A program made the position numbers and the translations under genes. The notes beneath the pieces are model-generated. The model worked only from the letters and a program-made list of their open reading frames with translations. It did no database searches and was not told the origin of the DNA. 64,000 nt of DNA from Hyphomicrobiales bacterium (GTDB taxonomy: Bacteria > Pseudomonadota > Alphaproteobacteria > Rhizobiales > TMED25). The stretch lies in NCBI GenBank assembly GCA_965204565.1, contig CBDBEU010000005.1, forward strand, positions 442,200-506,199, written 5' to 3'. Below are positions 20,729-30,343 of the stretch, in pieces. Numbering within the stretch: the stretch's first letter is position 1; every line of letters begins with the position of its first letter.

Positions 20729-21729
20729 TACCTGCTCAACGCATCGCGCCACTCGGCAACCCAGACCTGACGGTTTTGCTGCACCTCACTGGGCGAAAAA
20801 CCAAGCGGCGTCTCGACCGCAACTAGGGTTGAAAACGATGCCGGCAGCGCCGAGCCGACATCGCGCACCGGATACATCCACTGGGTGGTGGGGATTATTG
20901 CCTGGGCTTCTTCGGAGACCAGAAACTCAAGAAAATCCTTTGCCAGATCGTCATGGGGCGAGCGGGCAAGCCGGGCTGCCACTTCGATCTGCTGATAATG
21001 GCCCTCGATGAAGGACGCTGCCCGGTACTTGGTCTCGTCCTCGGCAGTGATGTGATAGGCGGGCGAGGTGGTGTAGCTGAGCACCATGTCAGCCTCGCCC
21101 TTCTGGAACAACCCATAGGCCTCGCTCCATCCCTGGGTCACGGTGACGATGCGGGACCCAAGCTTTTCCCAGGCCGTGCCCGCATCGTCGCCATAGAGCT
21201 TGCGCATCCACAACATCAGGCCAAGGCCGGGGGAGGAGGTGCGTGGGTCCTGCACCAGAAGCGAAATGTCAGGAGAGGCTTCCACCAGTTCCTTCATGCT
21301 GGAGGGTGGCGCGGCGAGCCTTGTTGAATCATAGACAAAGGCGAAAAACCCATGGTCGTAGGGAACGAAAACCTCGTCTGAGAAATCTCCCGGTACATCC
21401 AGATCTGAAAGATCGAGCCCATGCGGCGAAAACAGTTCCGTTGCCTTGGCCTCGGCAATCAGGCTGGTGTCGAGGCCAAGCGCCACATCGGCCTTTGTCT
21501 GTGCCCCTTCAAGACGAATGCGCGACAGGATCGAAACCGCGTCCTCAAGGCCGACGAGTTCGAGGGTGCACTTACATTTGGCCTCGAACAGTTCGGTCAG
21601 CTTGGGGCCCGGGCCCCATTCGGCGGTGAATGAATTGTAGGTATAGACGGTGAGCGTCTCGGCCACAGCCTTTGCGCCCATGAAAGCACCCATGACGAGG
21701 ACGGCCATTGCAGCGATGAAAATGCGCAT
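20728..21729 (-). CDS. thiB: Thiamine-binding periplasmic protein
   Basis: ATG 21729 gives the signal peptide 'MRIFIAAMAVLVMGAFMGAKAVA' and then an SBP-like sequence. The upstream part of track ORF 20728-21900 is the riboswitch. Confidence 0.82.
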   Translation of the reverse strand: MRIFIAAMAVLVMGAFMGAKAVAETLTVYTYNSFTAEWGPGPKLTELFEAKCKCTLELVGLEDAVSILSRIRLEGAQTKADVALGLDTSLIAEAKATELFSPHGLDLSDLDVPGDFSDEVFVPYDHGFFAFVYDSTRLAAPPSSMKELVEASPDISLLVQDPRTSSPGLGLMLWMRKLYGDDAGTAWEKLGSRIVTVTQGWSEAYGLFQKGEADMVLSYTTSPAYHITAEDETKYRAASFIEGHYQQIEVAARLARSPHDDLAKDFLEFLVSEEAQAIIPTTQWMYPVRDVGSALPASFSTLVAVETPLGFSPSEVQQNRQVWVAEWRDALSR

Positions 21730-21798
21730 GTCCCGAGCTCCCATTTTAAGGGCGGGGGAGATGAACCGGTTTTGACGGAAATGCCCGTTTGCGCCGTT

Positions 21799-21883
21799 CC
21801 CCAATCCCTCCGCCGGTATGATCCGGTTCAGGTTCAGCGGGTTAGCTCTTGGCCTCTCAGCCCCGCTGGTTGCAGGACACCCC
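21799..21883 (-). promoter_or_regulatory. TPP (THI-box) riboswitch
   Basis: The minus strand reads GGGGTGTCC...CGGGGCTGAGAGGCCAAGAGCTAACCCGCTGAACCTGAACCGGATCATACCGGCGGAGGGATTGGGG. The conserved CTGAGA, ACCTGA and CGGAGGGA elements are present, directly upstream of thiB. Confidence 0.85.
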
Positions 21884-22021
21884 GTTGAGAACGGCCCCAA
21901 ATTACACCTCCGCGCGCCGCTTGCAAGTGCTCACCCCACGAATCTGTGACGCCAGCGCGCATTGAGCGTGATCCAAAAGCCCGATAGAGAGGCGGCACAG
22001 TGATTTTCCGGAAGCGATTTC

Positions 22022-22783
22022 ATGGAACTTGATATTTCCTTTCCCGGCGCGTTTCTGGCCGGGCTTTTAAGCTTCCTGTCGCCTTGCGTGCTGCCGCTGG
22101 TGCCGCCCTATCTGTGCTTTCTTGCCGGCACGACTTTTGATGAGCTGACCGAGGGCCACAACGCCGAAGACCCCTATCTGCCGCGCCGGGTTCTGATCGC
22201 CTCGATGCTGTTTGTCGCAGGCTTCACCACCGTGTTTGTCATTCTGGGCGCATCGGCCTCGACGCTCAGACCCTATCTGCTGGCGCGTTTTGAGCTGTTC
22301 GGCTTCAGCTTCGGCATGGCCGAGATCGCCGGTGCAGTGATTGTGCTGTTCGGGCTGCATTTTCTCGGCCTGTTCCGTATCCCGCTGCTGCACCGTCAGG
22401 CAAGCTATCACCACGACACGCTGCCGCCGGGCATATTCGGCGCCTATCTGATCGGCGTTGCGTTCGCCTTTGGCTGGACGCCATGCATCGGGCCGGTACT
22501 GGCAACCATCATCGCAGTCGCATCGACCGGCGATTCGGTGGGCTCTGGCATGACGCTGCTCGGGGTCTATTCGGCAGGCCTTGGCGTGCCGTTCATTCTC
22601 GCCGCCTTTGCGGTGCGGCCCTTCATCAGATTTGTCACCTGCTTCCGCCGCCATCTCGCCCATGTGGAAAAGGCAATGGGCGGATTGCTGGTGCTGACCG
22701 GCGTGTTCTTCATTCTCGGCTGGTTTGAAAGAGGCGCGTTTTTCCTGCTAGAGACCTTTCCCGGCCTCGGCGCCCTTGGCTGA
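22022..22783 (+). CDS. ccdA: Cytochrome c biogenesis thiol-disulfide transporter CcdA
   Basis: 'LSFLSPCVLPLVPPYL' and 'FGWTPCIGPVL' motifs in a 6-TM profile. Confidence 0.88.
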   Translation: MELDISFPGAFLAGLLSFLSPCVLPLVPPYLCFLAGTTFDELTEGHNAEDPYLPRRVLIASMLFVAGFTTVFVILGASASTLRPYLLARFELFGFSFGMAEIAGAVIVLFGLHFLGLFRIPLLHRQASYHHDTLPPGIFGAYLIGVAFAFGWTPCIGPVLATIIAVASTGDSVGSGMTLLGVYSAGLGVPFILAAFAVRPFIRFVTCFRRHLAHVEKAMGGLLVLTGVFFILGWFERGAFFLLETFPGLGALG

Positions 22784-22828
22784 GTCGCTTGGGTTCCTGG
22801 TGCGGGCGCGGCCTGTGCGCCCTTGCCC

Positions 22829-23143
22829 CTAGAGCGCAAGTGCCGCGCGCCACAGAAGATAGGCCACCATCAGCGCCAGCGCGATAAAGAATGTCTGGCG
22901 GAAGGCGGCTTCCGGAATATGCTGGCGCAGGCGCTGGCCGAGATACATGCCGGCAAAGGCCGGCGCCACCGCCATCATTGCCGTCCAGATATTGGTGGCA
23001 AGCGAGGGCACCAACATCAAACTGATTGCCTCGGTCAAGCCATGGATCGCCACCACCGGCAAGCCGAAATCAACGACACCCTTGACCGCCCCGGCGAGCA
23101 CGAATACCGTGCCGGTCAGTGCGATTGACGGTGTGGTCCACAT
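22829..23143 (-). pseudogene. TauE/SafE (DUF81) sulfite-exporter family remnant with a large in-frame deletion
   Basis: The 104-aa ORF joins an N-terminal-type segment 'VFVLAGAVKGVVDFGLPVVAI' to a C-terminal-type segment 'AGMYLGQRLRQHIPEAAFRQTFFIALALMVAYLLW'. Family members are normally about 250 aa. Confidence 0.6.
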
Positions 23144-23234
23144 AGGCGGCGCGGCTCCGGGCTGTGTTGTGCGAAGCTGGCCAATGGCTTAATATTGGAG
23201 CTGCAGTAACGTCTGCCATGAGTGGAAAGACGCT

Positions 23235-24278
23235 ATGAGTTTCACGCCTAAACCGCAACGCCCGCCTGAACCGCAAGGTCCAGACGCCATGATCGACCTG
23301 TTCGGCCGCGCCATCACCTATTTGCGCGTTTCGGTCACCGACCGCTGCGACTTTCGCTGTGTTTATTGTATGTCGGAAAACATGACGTTCCTGCCAAAGA
23401 GCGATCTTCTGACGCTGGAAGAGCTCGACCGGCTGTGTTCGGTGTTCGTCGCGCGCGGTGTGCGCAAACTGCGCCTCACCGGCGGCGAGCCGCTGGTCAG
23501 GCGCAATCTGATGTGGCTGGTGCGCCGTCTTGCACGTCATATCGATGACGGCGCGCTCGATGAAATCACGCTGACCACCAATGCCAGCCAGCTTTCTCGC
23601 TTTGCCGATGAACTGGTGGATGCCGGTGTGCGACGCATCAATGTGTCGCTCGATACGCTCAAACCCGATCTTTTCAAGCAGGTTACCCGCTGGGGTGATC
23701 TTGAAAAGGTCATGGGCGGCATTGAAGCCGCCCGCAAAGTCGGCCTTGATTTGAAGATCAATGTCGTCGCTCTGCGCGATTTCAATGAACACGAAATTGC
23801 CGAGATGATCCGCTGGGCTCATGGGCAAGGCATGGATCTGACGGTGATCGAAACCATGCCGATGGGCGATATCGATGGTGATCGCATCGACCAGTATCTG
23901 CCGCTGTCGGTGCTGCGCGAGCGCTTGTCCGAAACCTTCACGATGAGTGAAAGCGGCCACCGCACCGGCGGTCCGGCGCGCTATGTCGAGATTGCCGAGA
24001 CCGGCGGGCGGCTCGGTTTCATCACCCCGATGACCCATAATTTCTGCGAGTCCTGCAATCGCGTGCGCCTCACCTGCACCGGCACCTTGTATATGTGTCT
24101 CGGCCAAGACGATGCCGCCGATTTGCGCACAGCTTTGCGCACCACCAGCGACGATGCCGAGCTTTCAAGGACCATCGATGAGGCGATTGCGCGCAAGCCC
24201 GAGGGCCATGATTTCATTATCGACCGCCGCAACGATAAGCCCGCGGTTGCCCGCCATATGTCGGTGACCGGAGGCTGA
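23235..24278 (+). CDS. moaA: GTP 3',8-cyclase (molybdenum cofactor biosynthesis protein A)
   Basis: Radical-SAM 'CDFRCVYCM', 'LRLTGGEPL', and the C-terminal '[20 protein letters not shown]'. Confidence 0.93.
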   Translation: MSFTPKPQRPPEPQGPDAMIDLFGRAITYLRVSVTDRCDFRCVYCMSENMTFLPKSDLLTLEELDRLCSVFVARGVRKLRLTGGEPLVRRNLMWLVRRLARHIDDGALDEITLTTNASQLSRFADELVDAGVRRINVSLDTLKPDLFKQVTRWGDLEKVMGGIEAARKVGLDLKINVVALRDFNEHEIAEMIRWAHGQGMDLTVIETMPMGDIDGDRIDQYLPLSVLRERLSETFTMSESGHRTGGPARYVEIAETGGRLGFITPMTHNFCESCNRVRLTCTGTLYMCLGQDDAADLRTALRTTSDDAELSRTIDEAIARKPEGHDFIIDRRNDKPAVARHMSVTGG

Positions 24279-25669
24279 TGGCGCCCCGCGCCGCGCGCGC
24301 GGCGCTGTTGCTGGCCGCATGGATCGCCCTTTCGGGCAGCGCTCACTGCCAATCTGAAGATCTTGCAGTGCCGGCGGTCGCCGGACTGGGTCCATTCAGC
24401 CAGCCCGATGAGGGCGCGGACTTTGAGACCTTGAGCATGTTCCGGCTCGGCAATGCGGTATTCCGCCAGACCTGGACGCCGGCAGGTCAGGGCAGGGCGC
24501 ATTTTGACGGTCTGGGGCCACTCTATAATGCGCCGTCCTGTGAAAGCTGCCATGTGAACGATGGCCGCGGCCGCCCGCCCGGTGAAGGCGGCGAGGCGTA
24601 TGAATCAACATCGATGATCGTCAATCTCGCCAGTTCAAACCCTGACAGCCGAGCAGATCCAGCCCCCGATCCCAATTATGGCCATCAGCTTCAGGATTTC
24701 GCCATAGCGGGGTTGAAGCCCGAGGGCCGCATTCGCGCCGACTATTCCCACAGCGCTTTCACTTTTGCCGATAGCAGCCGCATTGCACTTCGCGCGCCGC
24801 GCTTTTCGATCGCTGATCGTGCCTATGGGCCGCTTGATCCGGCGACCCGGATTTCAGCGCGCATCGCACCGCCGATGATCGGTCTCGGACTGATTGCCCG
24901 TATCGCGCCTGAGGATATTTTAAGCCTTGCCGATCCCGATGACCGCGATGGCGACGGCATTTCCGGCCGCGCCCGTCTAATTGCCGGCAAAGGCCATGAG
25001 CCGCACCTTGGCCGTTTTGGCTGGAAAGCCGGACAGGCTGATCTGGCAGGTCAGATCGCGCTGGCGCTCAGCCGAGATATGGGAATTTCCTCGGGCCGCC
25101 ACCCAATGGGGTTCGGCGATTGCACATCCGCCCAAAGGCTCTGCCGCCGCGCGCCGGATGGCAATTCGGCCGCGTTTGAGGGCGTTGAAGCCCATTCGGT
25201 GATCCTCAATTGGCTCCTTGCCTATAGCGAAAATCTTGCTGTTCCGGCACCGCGACAACTGGACGATCCTGAAATAACCGCCGGCCGGGCCCTTTTTTCA
25301 GCTATTGCCTGCGCCAGGTGCCACCGCGCCGGTTTTGTCACCGGCGAAGACACTGACGCGCCGCATCTGGCAGGGCGGGAAATCGCGCCCTATAGCGACT
25401 TTCTCCTGCATGACATGGGCCCGGATCTTGCCGGCGGTGTTGACGGGCCTCAGGCCACGGCGCGCGAATGGCGCACCGCACCGCTCTGGGGCATCGGCCT
25501 GACGGGCGAGGTCAACGGCAATATGGCGTTCTTGCACGATGGCCGCGCCCGCTCGATCACAGAGGCGATTGCCTGGCATGGCGGCGAGGCGGCATCGGCG
25601 CGCGATGCCTTCGCCGCACTCACCCGCGCTGACCGCGCCCGGCTGCTCGCCTTTGTCGAAGCGCTTTAG
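24278..25669 (+). CDS. Di-haem oxidoreductase/peroxidase-like protein (DUF1111 family)
   Basis: Signal peptide and two CxxCH motifs ('CESCH', 'CARCH'). Its ATG overlaps the moaA stop (ATGA). Confidence 0.82.
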   Translation: MAPRAARAALLLAAWIALSGSAHCQSEDLAVPAVAGLGPFSQPDEGADFETLSMFRLGNAVFRQTWTPAGQGRAHFDGLGPLYNAPSCESCHVNDGRGRPPGEGGEAYESTSMIVNLASSNPDSRADPAPDPNYGHQLQDFAIAGLKPEGRIRADYSHSAFTFADSSRIALRAPRFSIADRAYGPLDPATRISARIAPPMIGLGLIARIAPEDILSLADPDDRDGDGISGRARLIAGKGHEPHLGRFGWKAGQADLAGQIALALSRDMGISSGRHPMGFGDCTSAQRLCRRAPDGNSAAFEGVEAHSVILNWLLAYSENLAVPAPRQLDDPEITAGRALFSAIACARCHRAGFVTGEDTDAPHLAGREIAPYSDFLLHDMGPDLAGGVDGPQATAREWRTAPLWGIGLTGEVNGNMAFLHDGRARSITEAIAWHGGEAASARDAFAALTRADRARLLAFVEAL

Positions 25670-25776
25670 GCGCGCACTATCAAAGTTGTTGATCGAAGTG
25701 CGTGCTACCCCTCGCAACCGCGCGCTGTCATGCCAATATCAGTCGTGTCAGTTGAGTTGAAAACAGGCGGAGAATT

Positions 25777-26232
25777 TTGATGGTCAAACCGGTTATCACC
25801 TGGATTGTTGTCGCCGATGCGGCGCGCGCCAGGATCGTCTCCAATGAGGGTGTCGGCCACGGCATTGCCGAAGTCGCGGATGCGGAATTTGAAAACGAGA
25901 TCCTGCGAGATCGCGAAATCTATGCCGACCGGCCGGGCCGCAGCCATGAAAACGCCGCCACCGACCGCCATACCATAGCGCGACCCAATGACACCAAGAA
26001 ACAGAGCTCCACGGCTTTCGCCAAGTCCATCTCCGACCACCTTGCCGCCCGCCAGGGCAAGAAGGGCTTCGACCGTCTGGTGCTGATCGCCGAGCCGTCA
26101 TTTCTCGGTCATCTGCGCGCAGCACTGCCGAAAAGAACCGCGAATGTGGTCACCGCCGAGATTGCCAAGGATCTGACCCGGGCCAAGAATCCCGAACTGG
26201 TTAAGCAGCTCGAAGCGGTTCTTGCTGTGTAA
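25777..26232 (+). CDS. Host-attachment (Host_attach / baeRF12-like) family protein
   Basis: 'TWIVVADAARARIV...DRPGRSHENAATDRH...LVLIAEPSFLGHLR' is typical of this small family. Confidence 0.7.
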   Translation: MMVKPVITWIVVADAARARIVSNEGVGHGIAEVADAEFENEILRDREIYADRPGRSHENAATDRHTIARPNDTKKQSSTAFAKSISDHLAARQGKKGFDRLVLIAEPSFLGHLRAALPKRTANVVTAEIAKDLTRAKNPELVKQLEAVLAV

Positions 26233-26313
26233 AAATCAAGTGCGTGCGCGATTTGCGCTCACGCGAAGGTGAGCAAGTCCGAGCTTCAATCAGGCCCGCA
26301 AACTGCTACATTC

Positions 26314-27655
26314 GACACTCCCCGATTATAACGCCATTTCGATCATGCTGCCGCTGTTTTGCGTACGGATCAAGCCTCTTGGGCGGGCTGTGTCGTGGTT
26401 CGGGCATCCGGTTCGTGAACCGGGCGTGATTTATGGCTGCTGCAACGGACTTGAACCGGAATTCGGTCTGACCGGCACCCGTCGGGTCAGACCCGTCGAG
26501 CCGCTTGCGCCCGGGTTTGATCGCCGACACCGTCATGCCGATAGCGCTGGCGCACGGAGCCGTTGGATGGCCGCAAGGACAGAGCACCGCCGACAGCCGC
26601 CTCGGCCGGTTGGAACGTGATGGCTCGGGCGTGGCGGACGACCCGCGCTCCGATCCTGATGAGGCGGGTCCGCAGGCCGGTCGGCCGTCTCCTCCGGCAG
26701 ATCGGCGCCCTGCAGGAAGACACCGGGATTGCAGGCCGATGCATGAAGCTGAAGCCGCACCTCGTTCCGCGCCATGCCCTTGCAGGAAAGACGCGTCCGA
26801 TTGATCGCCTGCCTGCCTTCCTCGACATGCTGTTCGGCGGTGCCGCGCTGATTGTAGAACCGAATGATCCGGTCCGGCTCCATCGGCAGCTTGGTGACCA
26901 CGAAGCCGATCTTCGGGAACAAGTCACCCGGATGCCGTTCGATCTTGGCGACGACCCGCCATGACGGTTTGTCCCGTGATGCGGCCTGATACTCGAAGTC
27001 GCCGCAGATGCGCCGCAGATGGGTCGGCGGGCGATCCGCGGGGCGCTTGAGCACAGGCGCAATCCTGCTTTCCGGAACAGCGGTCTTCCCAGGCCGGACG
27101 GCGCAGGAACAGCCTTCCGCCTCCGGTGTCTTGTAGAGGGCCGGGATGGCAAAAGCGGCATCAGCTCACGATCCGCATATCGCGCCAATACCGGCTTGAG
27201 CACATTTTCCCGGCCGTCGGCGCTGTGAACATTGCCGGGGTGCAATGAACGGCGTTCGAGGCGGCCAAACCGGTTAAGGACGAACAAGGGGTGATGGCAC
27301 ATGCAGCCGAAATGCCCGTTCCAGGCGGTGCCTTCCTGCGCGCCATGGGTCTGCGCCCATGGGGCGGGCCGACCGAACCGTCCATGTCCGGTGTGATCCA
27401 TTCGGGCGCCATCGCGGCGTGAGCCCGATCAATCCCCCGATCAATCCATTGACCGGATACGTCCGCCGGCGCACTGCGATTGTCGGCTGCCGCCGACACC
27501 CCGGTCTCGAACCGCGCCCCATCCGGCCGGCAGACGCAGCCTCGGCATCAACGCCACGCCCTCCGGCCACCTGCCGCATCACCGGATCGAGCGCCGGATG
27601 GTCCGCGTCGTTCACATCATCATATCCGGCCAATCGCCCGAACAGCCGACGCTCG
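26314..27655 (-). mobile_element. IS1380-family element copy A (5'-truncated; transposase split over 3 frames)
   Basis: IRR GACACTCCCCGATTATAACGCC at 26314. Transposase blocks 'FGRLAGYDDVNDAD', 'NGHFGCMCHHPLFVLNRFG..RPGNVHSADG', 'FYNQRGTAEQHVEEGRQAINRTRLSC'. Homology to the other copies stops near 27655. Confidence 0.85.
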
Positions 27656-27954
27656 CCGGTCGCCCGCATCGGTATGATGGCAAAATCGGGCTTAAAGTCA
27701 TCCGGCGTCATTGGGCAGCTCTGGCGGCTGCACCGCCGGTTGATACGGCTTCGGTCGGTGAATCAAACAAATCGAGTGATAAAGAGGGGGGTCACTCGGC
27801 GGGCATGGCAATCGCCATCGCCCCGAATTGGACGGGCGAGATGTCGTAGCTCATCGTAGGTTGCAATCACGTTTGAAGAACGCACCGCTAGCGCATCGCG
27901 CGGACAGGCCACTTCCAACGCCACGACCAGTTGCTTCTAACCCACCGAAATAAT

Positions 27955-28031
<77 letters not shown>

Positions 28032-28651
28032 CTCACTGATCTTAAGACCGGCGCCACCTTAGCCTAGGCCAACAGGGGCGGCAATCGCGCGTGGCGATCT
28101 CGCCGCGCGGCACAACACAGCCCAACCCCGCACCCGGTGCGCACACTCCCCCTGACCTCATAGCCAATCTGGCCCGGAATATAGCGTGCGGTTGCCTCGT
28201 CCTTCAGCGCTGTATTGCGATCCGGCCCTCCGGCCCGGGCACCGCATGCGCCAGGCAGCTTCGCAAAGCCCGTTGGCATCCGCGCGCGCCAAAACGCCAA
28301 TTGGCACCAAGCGACCAAATTGTGACCGGCGTCACTTCGCCGCTGCCGGCCTCGCCCTAGTCTCCAATCATCAGATCGGACATCGCCTCAAGCCAAACCG
28401 CACGGGAGACCAAGACCCTCGCCACCGCCTCAGCCGCCATCGCCATTGTCGCCGTCTTCATCGGCAACACCGTTGCCGCCCCCTGCCACTACCCGGTCTA
28501 TTCCAAGGCCTATCAAGCGCCAGCCTACACCCAGGTCCAGACCTACATGCCAAATTACAACTACGAATACTGAAACGACCGAACCTGACAGGCATCCCCT
28601 AAGCGCAGCGCCTCCTCCCCCTATACAAAGGCGCACACCCTGTCAGTCTTG

Positions 28652-28690
28652 ACGGCCCTTCGTTTTCATCCCGGACGAAGGGCCGTTTTC
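28652..28690 (+). terminator. Rho-independent terminator
   Basis: Perfect 12-bp stem ACGGCCCTTCGT / ACGAAGGGCCGT with an 11-nt loop, followed by TTTT. Confidence 0.7.
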
Positions 28691-28936
28691 ATGTGAGTTT
28701 TCCAAAGGGTTTGGGTTGGAAATCTCATAATACGCGAAAATTTCACCGAACGGCAGGGCATGTTCTTGTCTGCTAGCAATTCCCTGTATAAATAATTCCC
28801 CCTCATTGACGGCTTTTACGGTCGGGTTGCAATGAGCTGTCGGTTGGCGCACGCATGGCTGATGGCCAGTCAGTTGCCCGGACAACGAGGTTTCGGCGAA
28901 GGGCGGGACAGTGTCTGTCGCGCGTGGCCGGAGAAG

Positions 28937-29265
28937 CTACCGCCCGTCGGGAAGCAAGGCTGCGAGTTCCGGTTTCTTCATCTCCGCTGACAGGGCGAGA
29001 TAGAAAGTCTGCCAGTCCGTGATGCGCAAGTTCTGCAACAGGCTGCGCATCCTGTTCCGAAGGGAGAGGATACGCTCCCGGTGCCCTCGCGCCTTCCCGA
29101 ACAGCGGGCAGCAGCGCTGTTGCACCTGATCGATCAGGAAGGCGAGTATGGCGAGCGTCGCAAAAACGTCCGCCGGATGGTTGTGGCCGTGCCCGGGATT
29201 GCACATGCTTACCGCCTTCCGGGAGCGTGCGGCATTGCCGACGCCGCAACCGATCGGTGAAGAAA
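28937..29265 (-). mobile_element. C-terminal remnant of a DDE transposase (family not assigned)
   Basis: 'NPGHGHNHPADVFATLAILAFLIDQVQQRCCPLF...' resembles the C-terminal HNFGHG...LNLLAFL block of some IS transposases. The upstream boundary is uncertain. Confidence 0.4.
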
Positions 29266-29269
29266 AAGC

Positions 29270-29576
29270 GGTGCGCGAGATCGGCGAGGCGTTCACCGAT
29301 TTCGTATCCGATGCCGGTCGTGTCGGCGATGCACTCGAGGCTGGAGCGGAGCGGGCCGGAAACAAGCTCAGATCGTCGGCATCGGACGCCGGAAATGAGC
29401 CTGGCAATACGGCGGAACAGAAACTGCGCGCCTCCGCAACGACTGTGGGAACGGCAATCGGCCGGGCGGCGGCGGCGCAGATCAGGAAGGCATCGGTCGA
29501 TGTGCGGGTGTCGGCTTCTGCCGGCCGGGGCGGCGGCAACAAGGCTGCGGCTCTGCATGACGGAGTGGATGAATAA
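29270..29576 (+). pseudogene. 3' fragment of a probable phage tail tape-measure gene
   Basis: Ala/Gly/Ser-rich ORF end. Its stop overlaps the gpU-like start as TAATG. In P2/R-pyocin-type clusters, the gene before gpU is the tape measure. This call rests on position only. Confidence 0.4.
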
Positions 29577-29989
29577 TGGCTTTACTGGCGCTCGGACCGC
29601 ATATCTTCGAGATCGCAGGTCTTAACTATCAGAAGCTCGAACGCGAGAGCCAGGCCGTATGGCCGGCGATCAAGCGGTTCGGCGGCCATGCGGCGCGGCA
29701 GTTCACCGGCCTCGGACCTGACAGCCAGACCGTCAACGGGCTGCTGTTGCCCGACGAATTCGGCGGGCGCGGTGAATATGAGGCGATCCGCGCGACACAA
29801 TCGCGCGGATCGCCTGTGATGATGGTCGGGTTTTCGGGCGCGACACCGGGGCGTGTCTTCGGCCTGGTCATCATTGAGACGGTTTCCGACACGCAATTTC
29901 ACATCGACCGGAGCGGCGCGGGAAAGCAGTTGGAATTCCCGGTCACCGTCTCCCCCTATGGGGGCGGTGCATTTGGAGGGCTGTTCTGA
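29576..29989 (+). CDS. Phage P2 GpU-like tail protein
   Basis: 'LGPHIFEI..LNYQKLERES...FGGHAARQFTGLGPDSQTVNGLLLPDEFGG...GLVIIETVSDTQFHIDRSGAGKQLEFPVTVSPY' matches the GpU pattern. Confidence 0.82.
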   Translation: MALLALGPHIFEIAGLNYQKLERESQAVWPAIKRFGGHAARQFTGLGPDSQTVNGLLLPDEFGGRGEYEAIRATQSRGSPVMMVGFSGATPGRVFGLVIIETVSDTQFHIDRSGAGKQLEFPVTVSPYGGGAFGGLF

Positions 29990-30234
29990 TGGCGACGGTC
30001 AAGGTCACCGGCACCGAAATGGGCATCGAGGAAATCGCCTGGAAGTTTCGCCAGCAGCTCTATCCCGACGACCCGGACCGCGCCGCCCGGCTCTCCGGTT
30101 ATGTCGAGCAAATCTTCGATCTCAATCCGGGCCTGGCGGAAGTGAGTCACAACGTGCCGGTCGGGACCGAAATTGTCATGCCGGATGCCGAGACGGAAAC
30201 ACCGATCGGCCCGAACCGTCGACGCCCTCGTTGA
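29989..30234 (+). CDS. Phage tail protein X (P2 GpX-like), C-terminus possibly altered
   Basis: 'IEEIAWKF...VEQIFDLNPGLAEVSHNVPVGTEIVMPD' resembles the GpX LysM-like core. No gpD-like gene follows. Confidence 0.72.
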   Translation: MATVKVTGTEMGIEEIAWKFRQQLYPDDPDRAARLSGYVEQIFDLNPGLAEVSHNVPVGTEIVMPDAETETPIGPNRRRPR

Positions 30235-30289
30235 ACGCATCGGCTGCACTATCGATTGCTTCCTCCCGGCCGAATGCGAAAACTTCTTC

Positions 30290-30343
30290 CACGCAGCAGG
30301 ATATCAACGCTCAATGTGAAAACGCTCTAATTGGGGAATGTCG
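30290..30343 (+). mobile_element. Solo terminal fragment (IRR-type end) of an IS1380-family element
   Basis: AACGCTCTAATTGGGGAATGTC ending at 30343 is the reverse complement of the IRR consensus GACATTCCCCAATTAGAGCGTT. Only about 50-100 bp of IS-like sequence remains. Confidence 0.45.

Noticed and set aside
23070-24107. 345-aa minus-strand ORF overlapping moaA
   Set aside because: It is antisense to a gene with unmistakable MoaA motifs. Its composition is Arg/Ala/Gly/His-rich with no motif. This is the typical long shadow ORF of GC-rich DNA.
27656-27954. Possible integrase remnant between truncated IS copy A and the 3' end of tRNA-Arg
   Set aside because: None of the six frames gave integrase-like motifs. 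Only short ORFs without recognisable similarity are present.
28937-30234. Intact prophage or tailocin at tRNA-Arg
   Set aside because: Only gpU, gpX and a tape-measure tail end remain. There is no sheath, tube, baseplate, gpD, integrase or lysis gene in the window. The remnant is on the 5' side of the tRNA, not at its 3' end.
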